A stretch of 64,000 nt of DNA from Paramecium tetraurelia. Its lineage: Eukaryota. The translations under genes were made by a program, and so were the position numbers. Positions 13,839 through 26,759 of the stretch are shown here, piece after piece; position 1 is the stretch's first letter; the number at the start of each line of letters is the position of its first letter. The notes under the pieces were generated by a model, which worked only from the letters and a program-made list of their open reading frames with translations, was not told the DNA's origin and searched no databases. The stretch spans positions 248,001-312,000 of the forward strand of contig CT868418.1 of NCBI GenBank assembly GCA_000165425.1. The letters run 5' to 3'.

Positions 13839-14538
13839 TCATTTAAATCCTTTCTCTTGTTATGATTTAGACCAGGCCTAAGCGATTGTCCTCTTCATTT
13901 CATCATCTCCATTTTAATACATCTCCTTCATCATATTCATTAAAGAAGCTTGAGGGTCCTCCTTATCTACTTTTGATGAATCAGTGTTTATCTAAGATAA
14001 ATTCTTTTAAATACTAGCTTTTCTTTATATGCCAATTGATCCCAATGCTTATTCTCCTTTTTGATCAAATTAACAATCAATGAGTTATTAGTAGTCTTGA
14101 TAGAACATTCTCGATCTTTCAAATCGTCAAAAGTCTTCTTAATGCCGAATCTAAAATGGCATGCAATATATACCTTTGATTAATCCCCTTGTAATTCAAA
14201 ATCTTGACATCTACACTATGAGTAGAAAAGGAACTAATAATATTCTCTTTAGGTAATTATCCTATTCCATCAAGACTAATAATTATTTTAATTTTGTTCC
14301 CTTCCTAGTCCCAAGCATATTTAGTTATTCCTTAATACAAACGAGTATCTGAATCTATTGGACTTGCTTCCTGTTATTTTTCAGGTTACTCAACTTTTTA
14401 TGGGGTGAGTATTTTTATAGAGTTTTCTAAGTATTTGATTCTATTGTTCAAATATTCGATATTGGCTTTACGTTTTAATGTTCCTAATACTTATTAAACT
14501 TCTGCTAAATCTAATTAGAGATTCTCAAGTTCAGACAT
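13839..14538 (-). CDS. CACYBP: Calcyclin-binding protein / Siah-interacting protein (CS + SGS domains)
   Basis: ITKYAWDQ (CS domain) and DPQASLMNMMKEMYQNGDDEMKRTIAQAW (SGS domain). At least one intron. Confidence 0.85.
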
Positions 14539-14727
14539 TAATGTGATTAATTGGAATTTTATTTAAAATATGTTTTGAGCAATTTAACAAATTAAAATAA
14601 CTCAATTTCTAGAATTTTTCTATTAAGTTATCTCCTTTATAATAATTAAATTAAACTTATATTAATTCTTTATTATTTTTATAGGCATTTGATAGGGATC
14701 CATCATAATTTATTAATTAAATATATA

Positions 14728-15452
14728 ATGAGTTATCTAAATTGTAAGTGGAAATAACATTACATAAAAAAGTCTGCAAAGATTATGCAGTTACCAAGAA
14801 TTCGATTTCAAAAGGATGTTAGAGCTAAGTCCATTGATGATATATTCGAGAAAACTAAGCTTAATTCTTAAAGAGATGAAACCAAAGAAGAAAACAACAT
14901 ATTAAGAAATAGTGATAGAGTAATGTATAATTGGTAATAATATTTTGAATAGTGGAGTAAGCAAGAATATAGCAAAATAATAAAGAGGAACCCAAATTCA
15001 GATCAGTTTCAGTTGCTCTTATAAAACATAAATTATAATATGAATATGAAGAAGATATTACTACTATCCATAATAAATGTGGAATTAAGGTTGTGAATTA
15101 AGCTTAATAAATGCATAATAAAGCATAACCCTAATCAAATAATCTCAGCGACTATGAAAAATAGAAATAATAAGTAAATGAGATCTTTAAGAGTCTTTAC
15201 ACATCTCATTAAGAAAAGCGACTCAACATAGAAAGGATAGTAAGTGATCGACCATAAAGAATGAAACCTATAGATTGGAACGAAGTGAGAAGAAAGTTAC
15301 CCAAAGATTAGATAGGAACCATCTATGATCCTACAAGATTCTAGAACCTATATGAAAAATTCAACAATGAAATTGAAGCTAATGTTCCTCATGGACCATT
15401 TATCAGTTTTCGTCAATTTTTGAAGGAAAGAAGAGGACACTTCAAAGATTGA
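14728..15452 (+). CDS. Hypothetical protein
   Basis: ATG14728 to TGA15452. An intron near 14925-14952 is needed to keep the frame. Confidence 0.55.
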
Positions 15453-15686
15453 TTTATAAAATTGATTTCTAATTTAAATTATTTATTAAACTGTATACAT
15501 TGTGTATGAAAATAGATTTTATTATAACTGAAAAAGCATTAATTTTTAACAAAGATTGAGATATCAAATCACCTCTGCTCAAATTTATATGCAAATTATA
15601 TTTAAAATTAAGTAAAAAGTCTGATTTACTTGAAATTTTAATTTTTAAGACAATTTAATATTTCTAATCAACCTATAAAGCAAAAT

Positions 15687-16460
15687 TCATTTTTATTTTT
15701 ATGATTATGTCTAATTAGAATGCAGTTTTTCATAATATTTGATTTTCTCTATACAAACTGAATTCAAATTGCATAGTTATTAAACCTTGTATTACAAATC
15801 ATTATTCTCAATCGTCCTTTCTTCTAATTATTTTTATAACTACTGATATTGGCGTCCTTAAAATTAATATTAAGCTTCAACAATCTATAAATCTTACTTT
15901 AATTTAATTAATTCATCTTTAAGTTAAACATTTTCAAGCTTAAGCTTTTTTATTTCTTCGCTTTCGTTTTGGCTCAAGGCTTTTGAGGTCATAGACTTTT
16001 TGTTATAGTTGATTGCGTACATCTATATCATTGTTGCTGTACAAAAAATCTAATGAGTTGATCAACAAAGTAAATTCAACAAAAGCTTTAGTGTCAGGAC
16101 ATTAAATTAGATTTATAGAGTATTCCTTTTATCTCATATTTAGATTGAGAGCAACAGATATGTCAAATTTTGCAAAGCCGGCAATCCTTTTAGATTTTCC
16201 ATCACTTAAGACTACATTAAGTTTTCTCTTATATACAATAAGTGCTGCAAACTTACAATTTTTTCTTCATACTTGAGATTAACTTTTGTAACAACGCATT
16301 TCACTTCCATATATTATTCGTATTAATGATTAATCTTCATATAATTGAGCAATGACACATGTTTATCTTGACTTTTTATTTCAATATTGAAGGCAACTTC
16401 TGAATTTAATGTCAACTGTAGTCTCTTAAATATGATTGTATATGTTAATATTTATTACAT
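15687..16460 (-). CDS. NT-C2 (EEIG1/EHBP1-type)-like domain plus coiled-coil protein
   Basis: KRIAGFAKFDISVALN...YSINLIQCPDTKAFVEF followed by a 25-nt intron and a heptad-rich tail. The 3' end is uncertain. Confidence 0.45.
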
Positions 16461-16494
16461 TATGTTATTATAAATATTTTATATATTATAAGTG

Positions 16495-16901
16495 TCAAAT
16501 ATGAAAACTCTCTCCGCAACCGCATTGGCCTTTTTGATTTGGATTCTTAAAGACAAACTCACTTTTAATGTCATCCTCTACGTAATCCATCTCAGTTCCT
16601 ACTAGCACCATCACTGCTTTGGAATCAACGATAACCTTCACGCCTAAGGTTTTAGTAAATAACAACCTTTTGCTTCTACTACTTCATCTAATTTATCTGG
16701 TCCAGAACAATAGTTCATTGTGTATGATAACCCGTTACAACCTCGTTTTCTTACTCCTATTTTGACTGCATCAAATGCTGGATTATTCTATTATTTCATA
16801 AGCTCAGTGATTCTCTCGGCAGCTTTATCACTCTAGAATTAGAATAAAAGTACTATCGTAATTAGGTTTCTCTTTGATCTAAGCTTTGTTATAGTACTCA
16901 T
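16495..16901 (-). CDS. ISCA1: Iron-sulfur cluster assembly protein IscA1 (mitochondrial)
   Basis: IGVRKRGCNGLSYTMNY, GTEMDYVED and FKNPNQKGQCGCGESF. Two short introns. Missed by the ORF track. Confidence 0.92.
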
Positions 16902-16945
16902 ATAAAATTTAATCATTAATTTATATAATGTTGATAATATATAGA

Positions 16946-18455
16946 TCAAATAGTATTTAATAGATGCTCAATCGTTAATTCCTAATATAAATTGGTTTTG
17001 AATTTTGATAAATTCTTTGAGGGGATGTCCTAATCCTACATCAAATCAAGCAAGTAAGTAGTCAGATATTGCAATTCCCTATCTGAACTATTATCATAAA
17101 AAGGAATGATAGGAATACCATTTTCTATTTAAAAACAAAAAGAATAGGAAGCATTGTCAACTAAGACAAGATCTTTGAGATTTCTATTTCCCAACACTCT
17201 TAAATCCTTGATATGGAGACCATCATCTACAACAACACAGCTCTCCCTAAAAAATCTATGATGAATCCATTTTTTGTCTGGATCTATGTAATTGATGACT
17301 TTCTGAGCATAACATTCATGCGAGGCAGTAAATACTATAATTTCATACTTTTGACTCAGTATGGCCAACATTTCCCTACAATATGGTCTGAGATTGATTC
17401 CCGCTTGGACAGTTTCTCCTGTGGGAAATTTAATGGTTAACACTATATCTGAGGGATCATCGTTAGATTCTTAGCAATGAATTAAAGTTTCATCTAAATC
17501 AAAAACGATAGTTTTTTTGACTACATAAATTTAAGTAATTACATTTATTATCTGGTAAATTGGCAATTTTATTAGCAATAGCATTTAAAGAGGGCTTAAC
17601 AATATCTTTGCAATATTGAAGTGCATGATAGCTTTGTTAAAAATGATCTTAGTAAATGTCCAAAAAGTATTAATTTGTTTTTGGGTTAAATAATTATTTG
17701 ATTTCATTCTTCGATTATTTGTTATTAAAATATCTTAAGAAGCTCATGTAGTATTCAAAGTCATTGTAAGGTGATTGAGGTCCTAAGCTTTGTTTAGGCA
17801 TTAATCTCCTATCTGGAGAGACACTCCTCATTTTCAATTTTGTTTCTCTGCTCATAGTCGGAGTAGGAGTATAAATATTTTCTTTGGTAGCTCTTCTGAT
17901 CGGACTGTTCATCCTTTTCCGATCCGACTATTTTTTAGGTATGATATTAGCACCCTTGGAGAGACGCATGACATATTTTGATAAGGGAGCAGCAGATATT
18001 GGAGGAGAGATCAATGGGGTTGAAGTTTTTGGCTCAGAAGTATTTTAATCTTGTTCTGAGAGTGCAAATATAGTCACTTATTTGGGAATTTCAATGTCAG
18101 GAATAGTTTGCTGCGACTCTTCTTTTTCTTTTTGGACTTCTTTTTATCCTGAACTATTGATTCGTTAGCGTTCTTGGAGTTTATTTTACATGGTTCTTTG
18201 TATTAGTGTAAGTTTCTTTTATTGCTGTGGTAATTATTTTTTATCGCTGTCAAGAGTGCGAGTTGATTTTGGAGGTTCTGGCAATGACAATTTAGGATCA
18301 CATCGTTGGATATTTTTTTATTACACTATCGTATTTTTGGCAGACGGGATTCGTTTTTAAGACGATTTAGGTCTTGAGTTGACCAATGCTTATAGCAACG
18401 AAGTCGTAGATTACGTTTACTAAATATTCGCAACAGAGCCGTTGTTTCTAAGCAT
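16946..18455 (-). CDS. FCP1/SCP (NIF) family HAD phosphatase, CTDSPL2-like
   Basis: IVFDLDETLIHC, NLRPYC..FTAS..YA, HRFFRESC, IKDLRVLG, VDN and NGIPIIPFYD motifs. Confidence 0.9.
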
Positions 18456-18644
18456 AATTTTAATTATGAATTAAAAAGTCAAACTAAATTTATTATGAAT
18501 ATATTTATATGCTCTTTATTTTATATATATTTAAATGCTTTAAAGCAATCAAGTTCCCCGTTTAAGATAAATAATTAATAAGCGGAATGTGATTTTTATA
18601 CACTTTGTTTAAGCACAACACAAACTTAATTAAAATAATATTTT

Positions 18645-21607
18645 ATGAGAAGTTTAAGCAAGATCTTATTTAGGCGTCCTCAACTTTGGCTGTCGCGAGT
18701 TGCACCTGCGTTGGGTTAAAAGTCTTTGTTTAAATACAGTGCAAGTATGAATTGTAGCAATTGTTTAGATTCAAACCATTTCTTAAATAGCAAACTCAAA
18801 ACCATTCCCTTGCAGAATTATAAGGCAGAATAGAGTGAAATAGATTCCAAAGTAGAGCCCACTGATTTCTGTCTCTTTAGTTCGATTCAACCAATCTTTC
18901 CCAATAATCCTATGAATTGTCAGATCAAAATCGGAAATTTGAAACGAATCACTAAGCCACTCCTCTACTCCATTATTTCCCCTGACAACGGAGAGATTTT
19001 CACTATCGGCATAGCTTTGAGTAAATCAGTCGAAAAGAATTTAAATGCCGAATTAAAACTCTTAGAATAACGAGATGCGAATGGAAACATTTTAATAAAT
19101 GATCCTATGAGCAACACATTCAACTTAGACATAATATCAAGACAAGTATGAGACTCAAATATTTAGAAAAATTATCGATTCAAAATCACTAAGATAGAAA
19201 TGACACCCGACGGAATATTTGCACAAGGAATACCTTATAAAGATCGACCCTTAACATAAGCAGAATAAATAATCGATATCCAACACGAAATTCGCATGGT
19301 GAGTTCACTTGTACAATAAATAAGAAAATTAGCCTAATATGATAGAGTGGAAGTATTCTCAGAGGTTAAGTATTCCCTATTGGATTCGAGTGAAAAACTC
19401 ACTCCCAATTAAGTTGATGAATTAGTATTCTAAATTGCTGCAGGTCTCTCCAAATTATTCACCAACAACCTGAAAATGAATACGTCCAATTTCGTATAAC
19501 AATTGTTGGAGAGTCAAACTTACATTGACAGACTCTTCATCCTTAGAAAATAATTGGAGAATATGTCAGGAGTACTTGATCTAGTGAATAAGCATTTCAA
19601 AGAAGCTGACTCCTCTCTATTGAAGTTGCATCAATAAACTCTAGCCAAATTAGCAACGGAATACATTAGATAAAACTATTTGAAGGATGCTTCTCAATCT
19701 TAATAATAAGGAGGAACTGCTGGAACCTAATAATTTGGTGGTGATAAGGTACATGTTTCTAAAATTAATTTAAAGTAATCATCATTAGTAAAAAAGTACT
19801 ACGATAAATTATCATTGATTACTGATGAATCCTCAAGAGAAAAAGTTAAACGAGAAATCGAGAGATTCAGCCTACTTGACAAACAGAGTTCAGAATTTCA
19901 TAAAATCAATTCCTATTTGGATGAAGTCTTTAGTATTCCATTTCAAAAATTTACAGTAACCTATTCAAACTTAAGTAGCCTGTTCAATGGGATATCCAAT
20001 TTGCTAAGGATGTCCTTGACAAAGAAATAGAAGGTTTAGAGAAAGTCAAAGAAAGAATTATAGAAATGATATCAGTCAACAAATTAAAGAATGCAGGCTC
20101 TAAAGCTAAAGGGTTTATTCTACTACTAAACGGTCCCCCAGGTACTGGAAAAACCTCAATAGCCAAGAGCATTGCCAAATCCTTAAAGAGAACTTCAAGA
20201 TTCATTTCATGTGCTGGAGTTGCAGATCCAACTTTCTTCAAAGGACACAAACGTACTTACGTAGACTCAATGCCTGGTGTGTTTATCAGAGAATTAATCA
20301 AATCCAATACCATGAATCCTGTGTTCATTCTGGATGAGTTGGACAAGGTATCGAAACATCATTCAGGTGGTGCTGATCCTTATTATACCTTATTGGAAAT
20401 ATTGAATCCTGAAGAAAATCATAATTTCACTGATCATTACATGGATATCAGTGTAGATTTTTCACATGTTATTTTCATTCTAACATCTAATGACACACTT
20501 TAGATGTTAGAACCACTTAAAAATAGATTAGAAACTATTGATATCTCAGCTTATATATAAGAAGAGAAATTATTAATAGCAAACAATTTCTTAGTTAATA
20601 AAAGCATTGAATCAAATGGTATCTAATCCTAAATGATCAAATACGATGAATAAGCCTTGACCAAAATCATTAAAGCCTGGTGCTACTAAGAAAGTGGAGT
20701 CAGAGAATTGAAAAGATGCTTAGAAAAGATTGCTAGAAAACATGCTACTAATCTATTAGCTGACAATCCTAATCTCTGTGATAAAGTTGATGAATTAAAT
20801 CAAATAATTTTTGATCCTACTAGTTAAAGTTTAGACTTAACTAAAGATCAAAACCTTAGAATGTGATCTCTTAATATTTAGGTCCTCCTGTTTTTGATAT
20901 CTAATTAGAAACAGAGATCCATCAAGAAATTTCCACCTGGACAAGTCAACATTCTGACAGTAGGTGGAATGATTGGACATGTCTTAACTGTTGAAAGTTG
21001 TTTTGATTTAAGTGAAACAGAAAAGAAGGGTTCAATATAAGCTTCAGGAAATATCAAACTAGTTTTATAAGAGTCACTTAAGCTAGCTAAGATAAATGCA
21101 TTTAAATTTTTGAATGAAGAGCAGAAATAAAAATTATAGAATTCTGCTATTCATATGCATTTTACAGAAGGAGCAACTCCAAAAGATGGTCCTTCTGCAG
21201 GAACTGCTATCACAACAGCTTTATTAAGTTTAGTTATGAATGTTGTTGTGCCTAGTAACTTAGGAATGACTGGAGAAATTTCATTAAATGGATAAGTTTG
21301 TAAAATAGGTATTTAATACTTTAATCATATAGGTGGATTATAACAAAAGTTGATTGCTGCAAAGACTCTGGATATTGTCGACATAATTCTTCCATATGCC
21401 AATTTAGGTGAGGCATTAAATTTACCACAACAACTTATCAAAGGCCTTAACTTATACTTTGTTACAGATTACAGATAAATTTATGAATTGATATTTGAGC
21501 AACAGATTGCTAATAATAATTATACAATTAATAAAATAAAAAATGGAGTATATGAAACAGATCAAAATGGAACTAAAGAACAAATATAAAGTACAATTAA
21601 TTATTGA
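18645..21607 (+). CDS. LON: Lon AAA+ serine protease, probably mitochondrial
   Basis: Walker A GPPGTGKT, Walker [14 protein letters not shown], catalytic PKDGPSAG and MTGEISL..IGG...K. Arg-rich presequence-like N-terminus. There is a local frame anomaly at 20861-20911 (see findings). Confidence 0.93.
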
Positions 21608-21702
21608 ATAAATAACTGAATCATTATTATTGTTATTAATAAATTTCGAAATCTACATTTCACTTCTATAAATTTAATGTTTGGAATATAAAATAGTTTA
21701 TT

Positions 21703-23253
21703 TCAAAATTACTATAATAATTCTCCAGGAGTTACATATCTCAGTTTTTCACCGTCTTCAACAAAAACTACCTCATGTCTTTCAACAATTCTTTCTAATT
21801 AATTTTAATCTAGTGTATTAGGAACAACAACAAAATCTCTGGATTGTACTTTTTTAGCCAAATCTCTCTAATTTTATTAGAAATAAATAACTACATTATT
21901 TAATTTTTTATCAACCATTCCAGCCAATAATTTCTTCTAAAATACAACAGAAACTAATATTCCATCTTTTGATAATGGCACAGCAGGATATGTTCTTAAG
22001 TAATCCAAACATTCGCCTATGGTAGTGGTCTCAACATTCAATAGAGTGATTTCAGGGAGATTAAGTTCAGATATTGGTTTACCAGCTAATGGATGGTCTG
22101 GCTCCTTCAACTCATCATAAGATATCAATCTATTTTCTATCATCCAAGTTTTATTTAAGTGTTTTGTCATATAATTTCTGATATTATCTGGTAAGATGAT
22201 GACAATCTAAAGTTAATTCATAAGATTACTCTCTATTATTCTGTAAAATTTTGTGATTTAGCCCATTCAAAAGCTCCCCAAACATTAGCACCTGAAGAAC
22301 CTCCACAAAGAAGCCCTTCTACAGCCATCAATTTGCGAGCCATGTTTAAACTATCTTTGTCATTGGACTTGATCCAAAAATCAACTTCTGTCTATTGAAA
22401 TTCAATGTATAATTACTCTATCAAGAGCTTTTGGTATGAAATCATAACCAATGCCTTCAACCTTATAGGATTTGATGTCAGTCTTATTAATCTCTGGAGG
22501 CAGTGCTAAATCTGACCCAAAAGGATCTACAGCTATGACTTTACATCCAGGGACTCTCTCATGAATTTTTCTACCTACTCCAGTAACTGTTCCTCCTGTA
22601 CCTGTAGACATGACAATAGCGTCCAATTTATCATCACAGGCCCATAGAATTTCTTCTGCTGTTCCTTCATAATGAGCTAAGGGGTTTGATGGATTTGAAT
22701 ATTGATCTAAGAGGATAATGTCTGGATTCTCAGCTGCCATCCTTTTAGCCACTTAGATTAGTGACTCAGGTTCATACCAGGCTGCTTCTGTTGGTGTTCT
22801 TATCACTTTAGCTCCAAGCCCTGTTAGAACATCTTACTTCTCTTAAGACATTTTTTCAGGCATAGTTATGTACAAAGGATATCCTTTAACAGCACATGCC
22901 AATGCCAAACCTACTCCTGTGTTTCCAGAGGTGGCTTCGACTATTGACTTTCCTGGTCCAAGCCTTCCTTGTTTTTCTGCATCTACTATCATTCTCACTC
23001 CTATTCTATCTTTGATCGATCCAGCTACATTAACAAACTCACATTTCACCAACACCTCACATTTCAAACCAAATTCTTTTGGAATTTTGTTCAAACGAAT
23101 CATTGGAGTATGCCCAATTGCATCTAGAGCATCACTGTATATCTTCTTGAATGGTACAAATTGGGAATGAGAGTGAGGAGTAGGTGCTTGTTATTATGCC
23201 AGACCTCTTTTATAAGTGCATTGAATAGTGTCTTTGGAAGTGTCTTAAATCAT
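21703..23253 (-). CDS. CBS: Cystathionine beta-synthase with heme-binding N-terminus and C-terminal CBS domain
   Basis: [22 protein letters not shown] (PLP Lys), [45 protein letters not shown] and [11 protein letters not shown]. Confidence 0.93.
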
Positions 23254-23525
23254 TTTATAAATAAGCCAATTTTAATGAATGGGGGAGGCTTTTATAAGTA
23301 GGGGGTAGGGATAATGCTACGAACTGAATATTCTAAATTCTGATATTAAGATGGTTTAAATAATTGTTTAACTCAAAGTATGGATTATTAATGATTAAAT
23401 TAAAATTGTTAAATTATTTTTATATCATTATTTTATATTAAAAGTATTTAAATTTAATTTAGCTTCTTAACATTAATTATTATAAAAATTAAAATTATAC
23501 TATAAAACATTAATAAAAAAGAAAA

Positions 23526-24538
23526 TCATTCAAGTTGTTACAATTTTTACAAATCATTTTGTTCCTCATCTTCAACATCCATCCATGTTTCTTTTTCCAA
23601 TTGATCTTTTAATTCTAATGTAGCTGTCCAAATTTCCTTATTATATTAATCATTATTAAATACCTAATCTTCCTTAGCATCAGGCAATTGAAGAATTCCA
23701 TTCACTATTTTTTAACTCTCCTCATATTTCTATGCCTTCCACAATGCAAAAGCCAACATATATAAACTTTCTGGATCTTCAACATTTCTCTCTACTAACA
23801 TTCTCAATATTTTAATTGATTAGTCAAATAATTCCACTTCCACTAATAATTTACCAACTTGTAATATAAAGTCCTCGTCATATTCTTCCATCTCAACTAC
23901 CAGCTTTTCATAGATAACTCTTAAGTCTTTTTTGGCAGCTTCATCATCTTCTTTATTGAGATGAAAATTAGCCAATTGCAGAAATGCATCTAAATTCAAA
24001 GGATCATGTTTGAAAGCATTATTTATTGCATCAATACAAGTTTATTCTGACTCTTTGAATTATAATAAATCAGTTTAATAAACTTCAGCTATGGCAGCAA
24101 AAGCATCGCCTATATCCCTCTTGGATGCATTCCTCTGTAAAGCCAGTTAAATTCCATACTCATATATCTAAATGGCCTGCTTTCCTTATTGAGTCTGTGC
24201 ATATTTAAACAATAATTTGTAACAATGTTCATACGAACTAGTTAATTTAATTTGTGGACGTACGTGATTAAGTCTTATTGATTTAAGTATGGAGTGAGTG
24301 CTTGTTGTAATTCCTCCACCAAGCCCATCTATTCTAAACAATCCGTGTATTGATCTAATGCTTCAATGTTTTTGGGGTTTCTTTTGAGGTACATCTGATA
24401 TGCAGATTTTGCTTATTCGAGATGAAGAGCTTCATATAGATCATTGGCAAAATGAAGAAGGGTCCCACTTGAATGATATCAAACATCTTACTTGTCCATA
24501 GCTGTCACCTTATCCCAATCGATTGTGCTCTCCTCCAT
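23526..24538 (-). CDS. ACL4: TPR protein, assembly chaperone of Rpl4 (Acl4)-like
   Basis: KYAQTQQGKQAIQIYEYGI...AIAEVYQTDLL...EQTCIDAINNAFKHDPLNLDAFLQLAN matches the Acl4 family pattern. Acidic tail, two introns. Confidence 0.65.
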
Positions 24539-24625
24539 TCTTAATCTTTTATTAATTTAAATAAAATTGTAGAAGAAATTCTCTTTCACAAACAATTTAG
24601 AATAAAATACATATATTAACAAAAA

Positions 24626-26732
24626 TCAATTTTTTCTACGTCTATTATGCTTTTTCTTTTAAACCTTCTTTAAATCTTCTTAATAAAATTCCTTACGATT
24701 GTTGATAATTTCTCCATCCTAAACCAGTAATGCTTCCTGAGTCTAAAATGCTTAAGTCTTAAAAACTGGATGTTTGAGTTTAATGTTATCTATTTCAGAA
24801 GCCAAGTTCATTGAACTATCCCATTTTCCTTTAGAGAAGTTGACTCTAGACTCCTTCAATTACTGAGCAATTGCATCTAAGAGACCCTTGTCTATAACAT
24901 CAATTTCTTTTCCATCTAATTCCTTCTTTTCCTTCTACGCATTGATTAAATAAAATATCTCATTAATTTCATTCTCACACTTCCTAGAATAATAAAGGTC
25001 CCAAGGCAATTGAGTTAATTCTTTTTGAGAATCTAAAACATTGATTATAATGATTCCTTATGGTGTAAGTAATGTCTTAAGTTTATTAAGAAATTCCGCT
25101 GACAAGAACTCTTTAGGTGGAGATAATTAATTGGCTTGGGATGCTAAAAAATAAGAATTATAATTACCATTGATATCAACAATGATGGTGTCATATTGAT
25201 GGCATTCAAGAGTTTAATCTACATAATCAAGTGCATCACAACATACTAAAGTTTCTGAATCTGTATTCTTGAAATCAAAGAATGTTTTTGCAATGTTCAC
25301 AATATCATCACTTAATTCGATATTGGTAACCTTGACTCCAAAATGTTCATTTATGAATCTACTCAATAAACCAACACCTCCTCCCAATATAAGAACTTCC
25401 TTTGCTTTATTAAATGCTAAGCCTGCAACTATTGCAACATATGCTTCGAAATCTAGATATGAATTGTCCACCTTATTGTTGATAATTTTGGCTTCACTCT
25501 AAATCAAATCTAAAGCACTCTTAATTATTAATCTCCTATATTTAATATCATCTATATTTAGTTCTTCTACTATGCAATCATCAGCTTCAAATATGATATT
25601 CTTCTCTCCAATTTCATCTCCATCTGTTAAAAATGGGCAAGGAATATTTGTACAACCCTTAGGTATTAGTTACTTCATCGGTTCAGACAACTCTTATTAT
25701 ACTTATTTCATATTGTTGAATTAATGTCCTGGATTCATACGTGCGATTACACATCTAGACATTTTCATTTGTTTAATTAACTCTTTGTGTCCTTGTTCAG
25801 TTCCAAATAAGAAAGATTACTCTCTACCTTAGGGAACAATAAAACATCCACAAGTTTTCTATAGTAAGATTTTGCTGTCATCATTATCATAAATATCTAA
25901 TTTGTATCTTGGAGTCTATTTATTGTTATTATCCCAAATATCCAAGGTGAAACTTTGACTTTATCTAAGTTTATGGATGGATGTAACAAAATGATTCTGT
26001 AATTATATCTTTTTTATTATTTCTTATGCCTACTTAATGGACAAAGTCTGAACTTCCTTTTGTAATTAATAAAATTGAATTGATTTCTATTCACTTTTAT
26101 CAATGACGATAAAAAATGGATAAAGTTTACTTTTCTCAATTACGCATTCATAAATTTGGATATTGACTTACAATTACAATAAAGTCTTTAGAATATGATC
26201 TTGTAATAGAGATATAATGATGAGTTTGCCGTTCTTCTTTAATATTCTGAGCATATTTGCTAAATAAGTATTAACTTAAGGTGTTTCTTCATCTGGAAAG
26301 ATAGCATCAAGAGTTCCCTTGTCTAGAATAATATCGAATTATTCAGATTGAATATTGATTTCCTCAGTCAAAGACATGCATTAGAATGTCATTTCTGGTC
26401 TCTTATTCTCAGATCTCTTGCGCATCTAATCTAAAGACTAATAAGGTTAAGCAATCAATAATTACAATTTTTTCATAGTCAACATTCGTGATATTTTTAC
26501 AAATACCATTGTCATAGAGTTATTCAGATAGTAGTGATTTGCCACAACCTGCATGGAATACACTATCTTCCACTTTGATATATTGTTTAAACAAATGATT
26601 GTAGCTATCATAATTGCCATACCACTCAAAGAATTCATTCTATTGACCCTCTTTCTTAATCTTTTTGAAGAATCGTTGCCAATATTGTTTATTCATAAAA
26701 TCTCGACATTATGTAGGTAATACTCCTTGCAT
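24626..26732 (-). CDS. METTL13: eEF1A lysine and N-terminal methyltransferase (dual MTase)
   Basis: VLPTQCRDFMNKQYWQRFF...FEWYG, GCGKS.LSE, ILDKGTLDA, FIVPQGRE..FLFGT.QG and YRRL...QSEA. Second MTase domain LILGGGVG...SPPKEFL. Confidence 0.88.
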
Positions 26733-26759
26733 TTACCACAAAAATTAATTTAATAATAA

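Noticed and set aside
20864..20866. Selenocysteine or readthrough TGA in Lon
   Set aside because: The conserved residues after it lie in another frame, which points to indels rather than recoding.
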